From NCBI GenBank assembly GCA_018303845.1, contig JAGVXH010000002.1, forward strand, positions 27,532 through 91,531: 64,000 nt of DNA, given 5' to 3'. The stretch comes from Candidatus Pacearchaeota archaeon (GTDB lineage Archaea; Nanobdellota; Nanobdellia; Pacearchaeales; GW2011-AR1). The notes under the pieces are model-generated. The model was not told the origin of the DNA, did not search any database, and worked only from the letters and a program-made list of their open reading frames with translations. The position numbers and the translations under genes were made by a program. Positions 36,901 through 47,200 of the stretch are shown here, one piece after another; the first letter of the stretch is position 1, and every line of letters starts with the position of its first letter.

Positions 36901-39900
36901 ATTCCCCAAATTAGTAAGCGCACCAGAGTTATTCCTATATCCTGCCCAAATAACATTCTCACTCATAGTCGCATTCAAAAGAACACTCCCGTCCAAATCA
37001 TAAGAATTATTAGAAGGACTCCAAACAGTTATCACGGGGGCAGTACTATCCGCAGGAACAGCATCAACAGTAAACGAAACAGAGCTCACTCCGATATTCC
37101 CAGAAGAGTCCACAGCATAAAAAATAACAGTCTTGCTCTCGTCCGCTCCGGTCGCAACAACGCTATTCCAAGCAGATCCAGAACCAGACAAACTAACATT
37201 AGTAGCCCCACCATCCAAAGAATAATTCGCAGCAGTAGCATTCTCATTTAAACTAATACTAAATAAAATATTCGCAGTACCATAAGTCTGATTCAATGGA
37301 CTATTAATACTAACAACCGGAGCAGTCACATCATTAACCGTAAAAGTTATGGAACTAGAATTAGAATTTCCAGCAACATCACTAGAATAGAAATTACAAA
37401 CATATCCACCCTTAGCAACGCTACTCATCGTATAGTTCATCCATCCAGTTCCAGTCAAACTAATTGTATGATTCACAAAACTTCCCGTAACATTCTCCCC
37501 AATCTTAACATTAGTCAAACCAAAAGCATCCGCGACATAAGCACTACAAACCACATTCTGACTTTCATTCGCAGGATTCGGAGTTGCACCAACATTCGTA
37601 TAAACAGGAGAAACGCCATCAACATAAAACACAATCGTCTTACTTCCCTGATTACTCGAAGTATCATTAGCATAAACAACCAAAGTATTAGTAGATTCAT
37701 CACTCAAAGTAAGCATAGCATTCCAATCAACCATAGTCGTATTTGTCAAAGCAACAACAGAAGAGCCATTCAAAGTATACCCAGCCCAAGTCAAATTTTC
37801 ATTAGCAGTCACATTCAAAATAAGACTAGTCGAAGTGTAATAAGTCGCATTAGAAATCGTATCTATCGTTATCACCGGAGGAACAGTATCGGGGGCAGCA
37901 GTATTAACAGAAAAATAAATCACCGAAGAAACTCCAATATTCCCAGAAGAATCATTAGAATAAAACACAATATTATATGCCCCATCTGATAAATTAGTCA
38001 ATGTACTATTCCATGCCACAAGAGAAGTATTTCCCATACTAACATTCGCAGACCCATTCAAAGAATACCATGCCAAACTAGCATTCTCAGAAACACTAAT
38101 CGAAGCAGAAACATTAGCAACATTATACGTAAGATTACTAGGACTATTAACCGTTATTACCGGAACAGTCACATCATTAACATTAAAATTAACAGAACTA
38201 ACATTAGCGTTCCCGGCAAGATCACTAGCATAAAATTTGCAAGTATACCCACCAAAAGTTCCAAGCTGTGCACCAGAAATCAAATAACTAGCTTCACCAC
38301 TAATTCCAGAAAAAGAAATACTATGATTCTCAAAAGTCCCACTACTATTCTCCCCGATTATAACACCAGTTATATTATACGTATCAGTCCAACTAATAGA
38401 ACAATTAACATCCTGCGAAACATTAGCAGGACTAGGGAAAGCCTGAGCCAAACTATATCTCGGAGCAAGACTATCAGCATAAAACACCGAAGTCTTATTG
38501 TTCAAATTATTAGAAGTGTCATTAGCATAAACAACTAATGTATACGTAGTCTCCTGCGTCAAACTAGTCAAAGTAATATTCCAACTCCGAAGACTACTAT
38601 TCCCCAAATCCGAAACAGAACCACCATTCAAAGAATATCCAGCCCAACGCAAATCTTCATCCGCGGTAATATTAATCAAAGTATTCGCAGGATTCTTATA
38701 ACTTAGATTAGCAGGAGAAACAATCGTAATAGAAGGAGGCGTTGTATCAACCGGAGTCGTATCAATCACAAAAGAATTCCCAGTCAAAGTCCCAATATTC
38801 CCATAGCTATCATTCGCCCAAAAAGTCAAAGAATAAGTCCCATCCGCAATACTCGAATTTGTATGAGTATAACTAAGCAAAGTAGTATTCGCCATAGAAA
38901 CATTAGTCGCCCCACCATTCAAAGAATACCAAGCACGAGATAAAGCCTCGCTAACAGAAACACTAATCGTAACAGAATCCTGAGTTATCGTAGAACCATT
39001 AGTCGGAGAAACCAAAGTAATAATCGGAGCTGTATAATCAGTCGTATAGCTCCCGGTCAAACTATTGTTAGTTGCCGCTTCTCCAAGCTGATCAAAAACA
39101 TAAGCATACCAAGTATGAGTAGAAGAATCTAGTTCCGAAACAAGAACACAAGACAAATTAGCGCCACCAGAATCGCTACAATATTCACCCCCAAAACATC
39201 CACTTGAATTCGCCCCAGAAGAATTACAGACAAAAAGAGAAATCAATTGACTAGCATCAGAATCATAAGACACACTAGAAATATTAACGGCAACTCCACC
39301 TTTAATAATCGTAGCATTATCACTAGCACTCATAAAAGTAGGAAGTTGATTTATATTAATCGTTTTATTTTGAACCTCCTGAATGTTACCTGCATCATCA
39401 CTTGAATTATATCTCAAATAATTTATCCCACGGTTTACAGAAGTAAAAATAATTTGCCCACCATTATCAACACTAACCGAAGGCACACAAGTTCCAACAG
39501 TATCAGTACAATATAGAGTAGTAGGATCCGAATCTACATTATCTGCTTCCGTAATCGTAACAGTATAATTTGGAGCTTGAATAGTAGAAACCGAATTATC
39601 CGAAGTTGTTGGAGCAGTATAATCCAAAAAAAACTGCACATCTAAATTTTGACTAGAATTTTGTCCATTAGTATAATTATCTTGACAAGAAACATACCGC
39701 GCATAAAATCCCTGAGAAGCTACATTATTCACAGAACAATTCGCCCGTATTCCAGATACGGTGCAATCATTAGACATAGAAGAATAGGAAACATCACTTG
39801 AACTCCATCGACAGCTCATATTCGCCTCGCCAGAAACAACGATGTTCGTCACCCCATCATTTACTATATCAAAATAACTAGCAGCACTATCTCCAGCAAC

Positions 39901-40827
39901 ACTAACTATCGAAGTCGTTGGAGGAGTAGAATCTGTAATGTAAGTCACATTTGGAACAACCGAAGAATAAGCTGCCCCATCATAAACTCTACAATACTCT
40001 GTATAATTCGTGCTCGTAACAGCCGTAGCAAAAGTGCAAGACAAACTATATGGATAAGTCCCACTAGTAGTCCCACCAGTGCAATCTGTATTCGCAGAAG
40101 TAGGTAAATTAGTGGAATCACAAAATAATTGTAAAGTATTCAAGTCACTATCATTTACTCCATTACGCGTAGTATTCGCGTAGATAGTTATCGTATCCCC
40201 TCCCTTAATCACGGAATGACTTGCACTAATATTCGCAATCACAGGCTCAGCATTTGCAGAATAAGTCACATTAAAATACATCACATCCCAAGTCCCAGTC
40301 TCAGTCGTAGCAGGACCAGTTCCAATTCTTGACATTTCAGATTTCGCAAGCCCCCTAGTTCCACTCGCTCCAAAAAAATTCCCACAACTCCAAGTTTCCA
40401 GACTAGTTACATTTGAACAAGTTATAGAAGCCGGCTCACTAATTGCAGGACAAGTCGTAGTCACAACACTATAACTAGCTCCTCCATTAGCATCGACAGA
40501 AACATCACAATCCTGAGGCGTAGCAGTATTAGTTCTCCACCACTTGTAACAAACAAAAACCTGAGAAACCCCACCACAACTAAGCATGGAGCTATTTACC
40601 GACTGTATTCTTACACCCCCATAAGTACTTTTCAAATAAGTATGAGTCTCAAGAGAAGCATCGTCATTAATCAAAAAAGAACCCGTAGTATTATCACAAA
40701 CTCCCGCAAAACTTCCCTTAATTGCATTATCTTCCGCAGAACAAGTACTCACAACATTCGTGAACACAGCAGCACTCCCAAAAGTTCCAATAAAAACTCC
40801 AATCAACAAAACAAAAATTAACCTCAT
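33931..40827 (-). CDS. Giant (2298 aa) type-I membrane surface protein/adhesin with tandem Ig-like repeats, Gly-rich linker, C-terminal TM and cytoplasmic coiled-coil tail
   Basis: It has a signal peptide, more than 100 N-x-S/T sequons, and about 90-aa repeats (xP.IT..SP.N.SY...WAGYSLNG..) alternating with about 110-aa P.PAN.SQ.V.C modules in an A-A-B pattern repeated three times. There is a GGGGSGGGGGGASG linker, then TM FLFLYWPFIFLGVFFIFLGGIFGY, then a tail of about 180 aa. Confidence 0.8.
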   Translation of the reverse strand: MRLIFVLLIGVFIGTFGSAAVFTNVVSTCSAEDNAIKGSFAGVCDNTTGSFLINDDASLETHTYLKSTYGGVRIQSVNSSMLSCGGVSQVFVCYKWWRTNTATPQDCDVSVDANGGASYSVVTTTCPAISEPASITCSNVTSLETWSCGNFFGASGTRGLAKSEMSRIGTGPATTETGTWDVMYFNVTYSANAEPVIANISASHSVIKGGDTITIYANTTRNGVNDSDLNTLQLFCDSTNLPTSANTDCTGGTTSGTYPYSLSCTFATAVTSTNYTEYCRVYDGAAYSSVVPNVTYITDSTPPTTSIVSVAGDSAASYFDIVNDGVTNIVVSGEANMSCRWSSSDVSYSSMSNDCTVSGIRANCSVNNVASQGFYARYVSCQDNYTNGQNSSQNLDVQFFLDYTAPTTSDNSVSTIQAPNYTVTITEADNVDSDPTTLYCTDTVGTCVPSVSVDNGGQIIFTSVNRGINYLRYNSSDDAGNIQEVQNKTININQLPTFMSASDNATIIKGGVAVNISSVSYDSDASQLISLFVCNSSGANSSGCFGGEYCSDSGGANLSCVLVSELDSSTHTWYAYVFDQLGEAATNNSLTGSYTTDYTAPIITLVSPTNGSTITQDSVTISVSVSEALSRAWYSLNGGATNVSMANTTLLSYTHTNSSIADGTYSLTFWANDSYGNIGTLTGNSFVIDTTPVDTTPPSITIVSPANLSYKNPANTLINITADEDLRWAGYSLNGGSVSDLGNSSLRSWNITLTSLTQETTYTLVVYANDTSNNLNNKTSVFYADSLAPRYSLAQAFPSPANVSQDVNCSISWTDTYNITGVIIGENSSGTFENHSISFSGISGEASYLISGAQLGTFGGYTCKFYASDLAGNANVSSVNFNVNDVTVPVITVNSPSNLTYNVANVSASISVSENASLAWYSLNGSANVSMGNTSLVAWNSTLTNLSDGAYNIVFYSNDSSGNIGVSSVIYFSVNTAAPDTVPPVITIDTISNATYYTSTSLILNVTANENLTWAGYTLNGSSVVALTNTTMVDWNAMLTLSDESTNTLVVYANDTSSNQGSKTIVFYVDGVSPVYTNVGATPNPANESQNVVCSAYVADAFGLTNVKIGENVTGSFVNHTISLTGTGWMNYTMSSVAKGGYVCNFYSSDVAGNSNSSSITFTVNDVTAPVVSINSPLNQTYGTANILFSISLNENATAANYSLDGGATNVSLSGSGSAWNSVVATGADESKTVIFYAVDSSGNIGVSSVSFTVDAVPADSTAPVITVWSPSNNSYDLDGSVLLNATMSENVIWAGYRNNSGALTNLGNTSSTSWNATVNFVEGQHNVIFYANDSSGNQGNSSVIVYVDLTVPAVNNFSCSDSNDSVNVVCVVNVSDAVGLDYVIVSYNASGTWVNSSDIDLSGTLNSTSYTIGSGNHSPPGFSARLYVYDLAGRVNDSSIDDVVIFDDTAPVINNITYFPNSTDGLDPVVVVNVNSSITEDYNISSVVLMYKNSTETNWSFVSMNNNSDLVVGSSSVIVYNGSFIPEADNWTFKINATDFAGNRNISANTVIVVGNDTSHNVSAVIGSIVSLVYADRASNNSLGNVILNNTGDVDLNFNVSLSSSSIGSRLSVNYSGNLSVNYSVGSGSFANITIDVNTTGLISGLYSYNVTVVSAAGVEIFERRLNLQTAVGPYLVVDIGTYSGSVTAGDSSVNLVATVTNLGTADATDVYLSWTLPSVFSVSSGSLTRSLGALPIGGSGSNSLVVSVSSSATDSSVSIVAVANSSNADSANASKAVTIGAGTIVASTVVSITGGGGSGGGGGGASGESVVYSKVIEIVRGGEDSFEITVDNKYINSTLENLTLSLNGFMSKYIKISPLVVGPIGYRESGKFNINVRVPAYKEVMEEHTLVAVISGQLVVGGAARSYRETQNILLIIQEASFEDTSLSLLAAEKAILEMKLAGFNTIQVEDFFAKAKLKLGERKNAEALELSESILDLRDLAFETQGLIDGVFESLRNPVKMGVITGNAVKDAYADDSIRANMNSIFTGWAIFGDKSVEDILNLAKVAFERGDYALANERIKEAQNLLLFNRKGNFTLFLFLYWPFIFLGVFFIFLGGIFGYRKYQKSVASSRIIDINREEENIRKLMTASQQQYFTGVISSGEYHRIMNQYEKRLANLRGVRLTLRNQRIGILKPREIISELDSERIQAEAEVKKLQNDYYKNKKIGTDSYELQFRILNERLAEIEGERMTVLLMKERVNKISSKSVASGNKEDKGESKIIDKGFAKKVFVGRKGFLGRNVHGKWIKIKGGKNEK

Positions 40828-41106
40828 CCGATCTCCTCCATATGCGCCATAATCAACCTCTCAACCCGCTTAGAAAGCATAACATCATTCTTATCGCAAA
40901 AATCCTGAAACTTCCCATAAACATCCACGTCCAAACTAAGAGTCACCTTCTTTCTCATAACAAAGCCAACCACTTTTTATTATTAAGAATTCTTACGCAC
41001 ATATACGTACATAACAACACATCCATATATTACAAAGAAATACATAGAAGAAAATACCATAAGTATACCTACAAAGAAATACAAAACCAAACTAACCTAA
41101 ATCCCA

Positions 41107-41136
41107 AATCCGTGAGAATCCGTGAGAATCCGTGTG
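41107..41136. repeat. Short tandem repeat (aatccgtgag) x 3
   Basis: It reads aatccgtgagaatccgtgagaatccgtgtg, in the promoter-proximal region of the giant surface protein gene. Confidence 0.6.
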
Positions 41137-41194
41137 CCAAATAATTAACAAACATTTCCAAAATCCAATCTACAAAACATCCAACAAATAAAAA

Positions 41195-42154
41195 CTAATC
41201 AATCTCACTAAAAACTTCTTGCTCAGGATAAACCATTATCCCCTCTCCAGTAATTTGCATCGCAACAATCTTCTTTTGATGTGCGGCCCCTCGAAGCTTC
41301 AAAACCTCTATCGCATTTTCTCTAACATTCCCATGTTTCAAATTATAAAACACGATAACCCCATCGGCCAAAAACTCCTCAACACCAGAAGTGCTAAAAA
41401 TCTTTGGAATTTGCTCAGTTTCCGTAATCAAAAAACTAGTCGCTCCAATCTTCTCAAAAAACCTAAACAACTGCTCGATATAAATCCGATAACTATCCTC
41501 CTTGCCAGTAAACGCCGAAGCAATCGCAGTTAAAGAGTCCAGTGCAATAAAGTCAGGCTTAAAGCCGCTTGGAATAATCACCGGGTCAACATCAATTAAT
41601 AATTCACCTTTCTCTTTAGCAAGAAGCGCATCGACATTTCGAGTAATCTCAAACGGACTAATCCTTTGAATTTTCAACAGCCCCTTCTTAATAAGCTTAT
41701 CAGCTCCCCATCCAAAACCATTCATATGATCAATCAATCTTTCCTCTCTCTCTTCAAAACTCATATACAAACATTTTTTACCAGCCTCTGCCTGATGAAC
41801 CAAAGTCTGCAAACTAAAAATAGTCTTACCACTTCCCGCTCCTCCTGCAACCAAAACAGCACTACCTTCAGGGATACCCTTATCCAAAAGTTCATCAAAC
41901 CCAGGAACTCCAGTCATAATATATTTCCTGTTATCTTTCTTAACTTTTACAGAAGATTTATTTTTCATACTAGCTAAATTTTTAAAAGAGGCTCTCTGAC
42001 TAGAGATTTGCTCAGCCCTAACCTCTTTTGCAATTTCTGAAACATCTATCTTCCCTTTGACAACTTTCTTCGATACAGCTTTCTTCGATACAGCTTTTTT
42101 CAAAACAACTTTCTTTCTAATCACAGACCCAACCTTCTTTTTCTTTCCTACCAC
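41195..42154 (-). CDS. KaiC/RadA-like RecA-superfamily ATPase with Lys-rich N-terminal extension
   Basis: GVPGFDELLDKGIPEGSAVLVAGGAGSGKT (Walker A) and the KaiC-domain layout are present. The 70-aa N-terminus is K-rich. Confidence 0.7.
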   Translation of the reverse strand: MVGKKKKVGSVIRKKVVLKKAVSKKAVSKKVVKGKIDVSEIAKEVRAEQISSQRASFKNLASMKNKSSVKVKKDNRKYIMTGVPGFDELLDKGIPEGSAVLVAGGAGSGKTIFSLQTLVHQAEAGKKCLYMSFEEREERLIDHMNGFGWGADKLIKKGLLKIQRISPFEITRNVDALLAKEKGELLIDVDPVIIPSGFKPDFIALDSLTAIASAFTGKEDSYRIYIEQLFRFFEKIGATSFLITETEQIPKIFSTSGVEEFLADGVIVFYNLKHGNVRENAIEVLKLRGAAHQKKIVAMQITGEGIMVYPEQEVFSEID

Positions 42155-42200
42155 AAATAGGAATAGTAAAAACCTTATAATTACCCTTATACGAACATAT
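42155..42200 (-). promoter_or_regulatory. Conserved 46-bp promoter/operator element (copy 1 of 2)
   Basis: aaataggaatagtaaaaaccttataattacccttatacgaacatatt lies immediately 5' of the KaiC-like start. It matches 48996..49042 upstream of the receiver-kinase operon at 41 of 46 positions and contains a TATA-like ttataagg at about -28. Confidence 0.55.
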
Positions 42201-42608
42201 TTACTTTAATCCACAAGCCCGAAAATTTTCCACATATTTATGATCCATTTTAATCAAATGATCTTCCCACCAACTTTTTAAAAAATTTAAAACATCATCA
42301 GCACTACAAGTCCCATTCTGAAAATTTCTATAAAGCAAAAGAACTTTTGCAATATATCCCATATGGGCCGCTACATGGGCCTCGGCTCCTCCATAATTAC
42401 ATTTTGCAAAATAATTTTCTTCCGTAGTAAAATGCACACGAGCAAATTCAATAAGCTCATTTAATATCCTGTTCCCCTTCTCCTTATCTTTATCCCAATC
42501 AATATCATGCGCCCAATTAATCAAACCAAGAAGTTTCTTATGCTGGTTATCAATTTCCTCCACATGAACACTAACACTTTCACTCCATTTAATAAACACC
42601 ACAATCAT
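42201..42608 (-). CDS. Hemerythrin (bacteriohemerythrin-like O2/iron-binding)
   Basis: IDNQHKKL..HFTTEE..H..AH matches hemerythrin metal-ligand spacing. Confidence 0.7.
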   Translation of the reverse strand: MIVVFIKWSESVSVHVEEIDNQHKKLLGLINWAHDIDWDKDKEKGNRILNELIEFARVHFTTEENYFAKCNYGGAEAHVAAHMGYIAKVLLLYRNFQNGTCSADDVLNFLKSWWEDHLIKMDHKYVENFRACGLK

Positions 42609-42620
42609 TCAGAAATATCC

Positions 42621-43802
42621 CTATTTTTTCAAAGGAATATCTTTCTTCCCTCCTTCATCCTTACTAATATTTTTTTCAGAAAAAACCTTTTTTTCATTTG
42701 AGCCAGAAATTTTCTTAGCAGGAACCTCGCATTCATCTCCTAGGCACAAAAAACTACCGCTAGAACCAGTTCTCAAAATTGCTAATTTTAATGACGCTAG
42801 TATTCGATTCAAAGAATCTGCCAAATTCTGAATTTCAAAGATACTACTTTTTTCCAGTTGGATTTCCAATTTGCCTTTTGTTATTTCGTCAACATCAAAC
42901 GCCAATTTCTTGATAGGATTCAAAATAAAAAAAGAAACAATCCACCCAATCAGAGAAACAAAAATGATGATAATGGCTACAATAACAATCGCTTTTCTAA
43001 TCAATTGATTCCGAGCAATACCGAGTGCTTCAGCTTCATCAATTTTAACAACAAGTCCAACATCCATCTCATCAATATATCTCGTCACTGCGAGAACTTC
43101 AACATTACGGTAATCAAACAAACCATAGGCAACCCCTTCTTCTTTGTCCAATGCCTTTTCAATAGGCAAAATGCCAATCAATCTTTCTCTTTCATCAACA
43201 GCCTCTTCCTCAAACCTCCTTTCTGTAAACAAAGAAACGCTCCCATCAACAGTACGATAGGCTAGCAACACCTCACCAGTTTCACCTAAACCCGTCCTAT
43301 CGGATACAAATTCATTAAAACTATCCAAATCAATTCTTGCAACCAAAACATCCTCATGAAAAGGAACAGAGATGGCAATAGATTCTTTTTGAACAGTTTC
43401 AGAAAAATAAGCAGGTTTAACATACACATCTTCTCTAACATTAATAAAATAAGCATCCCCTGATTTATCTTTTCCCACCTGAGATTCATCAGAACTAGCA
43501 ACCACTTTCCCCTCAGGGTCTAAAATAAAAATCTCATAAAATTCTTCCTGCAATTCTATTATCGCCCTTAACTCCTCAGAAGAAAGTTCTTGATGCGTAG
43601 CAGCTATCTTTAATTTTTCTTTTTGCTCTTCCAAAACCTCTTCAATAAAATTTTCAAGTGACTGCGCGACAGATTCTAAATTTAAAACAACCTTTTCTTC
43701 CAATAAAGAATTAGCCTCAATATAATAAGAATACATTCCAACGATACTCCCAACCGTACCTACAAAAATAAATGACATAATCAGTACAACTAAAAATTTC
43801 AT
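42621..43802 (-). CDS. Membrane sensor protein with periplasmic Cache-like domain and HAMP domain (no output domain)
   Basis: A TM helix, a roughly 250-aa extracytoplasmic domain, a second TM, a HAMP-like segment and a short tail are present. No kinase or MA domain follows. Confidence 0.5.
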   Translation of the reverse strand: MKFLVVLIMSFIFVGTVGSIVGMYSYYIEANSLLEEKVVLNLESVAQSLENFIEEVLEEQKEKLKIAATHQELSSEELRAIIELQEEFYEIFILDPEGKVVASSDESQVGKDKSGDAYFINVREDVYVKPAYFSETVQKESIAISVPFHEDVLVARIDLDSFNEFVSDRTGLGETGEVLLAYRTVDGSVSLFTERRFEEEAVDERERLIGILPIEKALDKEEGVAYGLFDYRNVEVLAVTRYIDEMDVGLVVKIDEAEALGIARNQLIRKAIVIVAIIIIFVSLIGWIVSFFILNPIKKLAFDVDEITKGKLEIQLEKSSIFEIQNLADSLNRILASLKLAILRTGSSGSFLCLGDECEVPAKKISGSNEKKVFSEKNISKDEGGKKDIPLKK

Positions 43803-44230
43803 TTCTTCACCTCGTAATATTTTTCATAAACGGGGAAAAGCACCCCTTCTTCAAGGTTAATCCTTTTTATAACGACCTGAGCAATTAGACTAAGTTCATT
43901 TTTAAATTTAAAATTTTCAAATAAATACTTTACACTCTCGTTCTTATGTCTCTCAAAAAAATCCATACTCACTCCAAAAATTGCCAACATCTCTTCAGAA
44001 AATAAACTCCCTAACTTTTTAACACTAGCATCGTCACATTTAGAAAAAAATGGATACAACATCTTATTCTCCAAATCAAGATGGGCAACAAGAATATCTT
44101 TTAACATTCTTAAATCCCTCACCAAATCATCAGCCTCAATCAATTGATCAGAAAAATATTCTTGTATATTATTAAACATTCGCTCAATCTCAATATGTTC
44201 CTGTTTCAGTCGTAAGATTAATCCAATCAT
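43799..44230 (-). CDS. Hemerythrin-like HHE cation-binding domain protein
   Basis: It has repeated H..E / H...E ligand patterns in a four-helix layout. It is translationally coupled to the flanking genes. Confidence 0.45.
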   Translation of the reverse strand: MIGLILRLKQEHIEIERMFNNIQEYFSDQLIEADDLVRDLRMLKDILVAHLDLENKMLYPFFSKCDDASVKKLGSLFSEEMLAIFGVSMDFFERHKNESVKYLFENFKFKNELSLIAQVVIKRINLEEGVLFPVYEKYYEVKK

Positions 44231-47200
44231 TTTTCATTCTCCTTACTCCCAAATATACTAGAGATTGCTTCTTTAAAAACTTCACCATTTTCTTCTTTCA
44301 ATATTCCCTTTTCCGTCAAATCGTTAATATATGAAATCAAATCTTTCTCAAATAACTTATCCTTCTTCTCCAAAAGCTCAAACTCCTGTTTTCCCATGGG
44401 ACCAAGCATTTTAACAAATAAATCCTTAATCTTATCCTTACTATTCTCCTGTATAGAAAACAATAATTTAATTGGCTTAATCTCTTTAGTAGGTTTAAGA
44501 GGCAAGGTAAAATTAAATGTAGTTCCTTTACCAACAACACTTTCCAGCCAAACCTTACCACCTTGAGACTCAACAATTCCTTTAACAATAGCAAGACCAA
44601 GTCCCGTTCCCTGATATTCACGATAGATCGTCTGCTCAACCTGGAAAAAGGGCTCAAAAAGTCTTTGTTGAGATTTCGCATCTATACCAATGCCATGGTC
44701 AGCAACCGAAAACAAAATCATATCTCCCTTTAATTTGGCCTTAACATCAACAGTCGAACCTTCTTTGGAAAATTTAATGGCATTGTTAATCAAATTTCTC
44801 AAAACTTGAGATAATCTATTCGGATCGTGCTCAACAATTGGCAATTTTTCTATACTAGGAATAATAGTAATCTTTTTTTCCGGCATAAACCCTTTCATCT
44901 CTTCAATAACTTGAAGAACAACCTTACCAGGATCATCTCTAACAAACTTAAACTTTAACCGAGCAGCTTCAATCCTAGAAATCTCCAAAAAATCAACAAT
45001 AATACCGTCCAACCTCTTCGTGTTCCTAGAAACAATCTCAATAGCAGTCTTCTGCTCGTCAGTCAACTTCCCATAATATTCGCCAAGTAACATCTGCAAC
45101 TGAGCCTGCATCGGAGTCATGGGAGACCGAAGTTCATGAGAGGTAATAGACAAAAATTCCGTCTTAGCTTTCTCCAATTGTTTATACTCTATTTCCATTC
45201 TGTCCAACGCCTCAGCAGTACTATTAAGAGTCTCACCAAGCGTCTGCAACTCATCGCCAGTATCAATATTAGTCCTAGCCTTAAAATTCTTCTTCCGCAA
45301 CTCTTGCGCCACAACATTTAATTCAGCAATAGGTTTAGAGACTCTATTTGAAACATAAAAACCAAGTCCTACAAAAATAGAAAAAACAATGAAAAGGATA
45401 AACAAAATAACAAACCTAATATTAATCATAATATTATAGTCCTTTGTGGCATTTATTGAAGAAAATATCACTGCAGGTTTTTCATTATAAACATCAACCA
45501 TGGAAAATCCCCCACAAGCAAATACCTCATCATCTAACTTGGAAATTTTCAAAAGAGAAGATTTTTTTCTCAATAACTCAACATTTTCTTCTGAAAAACA
45601 AGGAAAGATTTTTTCAGAATTACTGCTGACTATAACATACTCTTCAAAATCATCCCAATTATTTCTTAATCCCTGAGATTTCCTTGAAGAAGCCCAGTCC
45701 ATTTCATCTAATGAGCCTTTATCTGCAACCATTAAAAAATCATCTCCCTTTCTTTTTTCCATAATATCAAAAAATCCGTCAATCCCTTGAGCTAATTCCA
45801 CATAACCAATCAAATCATCCCCATCATAATACGGGGCCACTACTCTTAACGCATAAGTAGTTTTCCCAAGTTCAATCCCAGAACTCACCAATCCAGTTTC
45901 TTTAGCTTTCAAAAAAGAAGATCTCTTAATCTCATCTCCAAAAATACTTTTATCATGGAGCCGAACAAAACTGGTCCCATTAGGTTCTATAAAATAAAAA
46001 TGCGTTATTCCATATTCATTTTTAAGTTCCGAAAACAACGGATAACTATACTCAAACAATTTCTCCCTATCTCTTTCAAGATAAAGATGCCTCATACTTT
46101 CATCATTTAAAACAACTTCAAGCGTTGCGGATAAACGAGTTATACTGGCCTCCTGCAAATCAAAAAAATCTTCCTCATTTTCAAGTACAGCATCAAAAAA
46201 TTGACGTTCAAGAATTTGATTTTGATAATAAACGACAAGGGCGCCAATTAAAACTATTTCAAACAAAATAATAAATAGAATCACCATAAACTTTTTATCA
46301 ATCTTACTAAAAATTACTTCCTTCGAAGATGAAACATTCGTATTTTTTTTCTTACGAACAATAATCCCAACACCAATCGCAATCGCAATAACAATAGCAA
46401 TCGCAATAAAATAAAATTTGAAACTTATTCCAGGAACAGGTTCAGAAGGCGTCAGTTGAATAGACAACATTATTCCACCAAAAACACCAACATCTTCATA
46501 ATTAGTATTTGGATTAGAATACAAAACAGGAACAGCTAATGTAACCTTAGTTCTGCCACCAACATCAGTAGCATAAGAGACAAACGTCTCCTTATCTTCC
46601 AAAACCTGCCTCGCCATTTCGCTATAAGCAAAAGATCCGCGATACTTATACAAATTAAATATGCTTCCCTCTCTCGTAGAATTAGGCTCATTAAATCCAG
46701 CCAATTGCCCATCCTCTAAATAACCTAAAACATTATCAGGCTTTGGATGAAAAATAGTATTCCCCTCCAAATCAAAAACTAAAAGATAATTCCGAGCATA
46801 AGTGCTACTGATTACAATTTCATCCCTAGCAGGTTCAATGTGCTTAAACAATTCCTGCAAATGCCTATAATCTAAAGACAAAACAACAACACCCTTGAAA
46901 ACTCCGTCCCTATAAACTGGAGAAGAAAATCTTATCACTCCTTGCTTCAAAATATCTCTTCCAATAACTTCTTCATAAATTTTCCCCTCTTTCGCCTCGA
47001 CAGAAGCTCCCTCAAAAACATCATCAAATCCAACATACCAAGTCAAAACTTTCCCAATAAAAACCTCGCCACTATCTAAACCCTTAGTGTCTTCAAAATA
47101 AACTTCAGATTTAAATTCTGTATTCTCTTGGACAGAAACATCCAAAAGATTATCCGAAAATCCATCCTCACTATATTTAATAATTTCTTTCCCATCAGCT

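Noticed and set aside
35131-38538. Multiple 60-170-aa plus-strand ORFs (e.g. 35131..35601, 36145..36441, 36850..37251, 37468..37989, 38323..38538)
   Set aside because: They are antisense to the 6.9-kb surface-protein gene. They are Arg/Asn/Ile-rich low-complexity products of the A-rich antisense strand with no start-site context.
41107-41136. Tandem aatccgtgag repeat as a mini-CRISPR or mobile element end
   Set aside because: There are only three 10-bp units with no spacers. It is more likely a simple-sequence slippage product or regulatory repeat in a promoter region.
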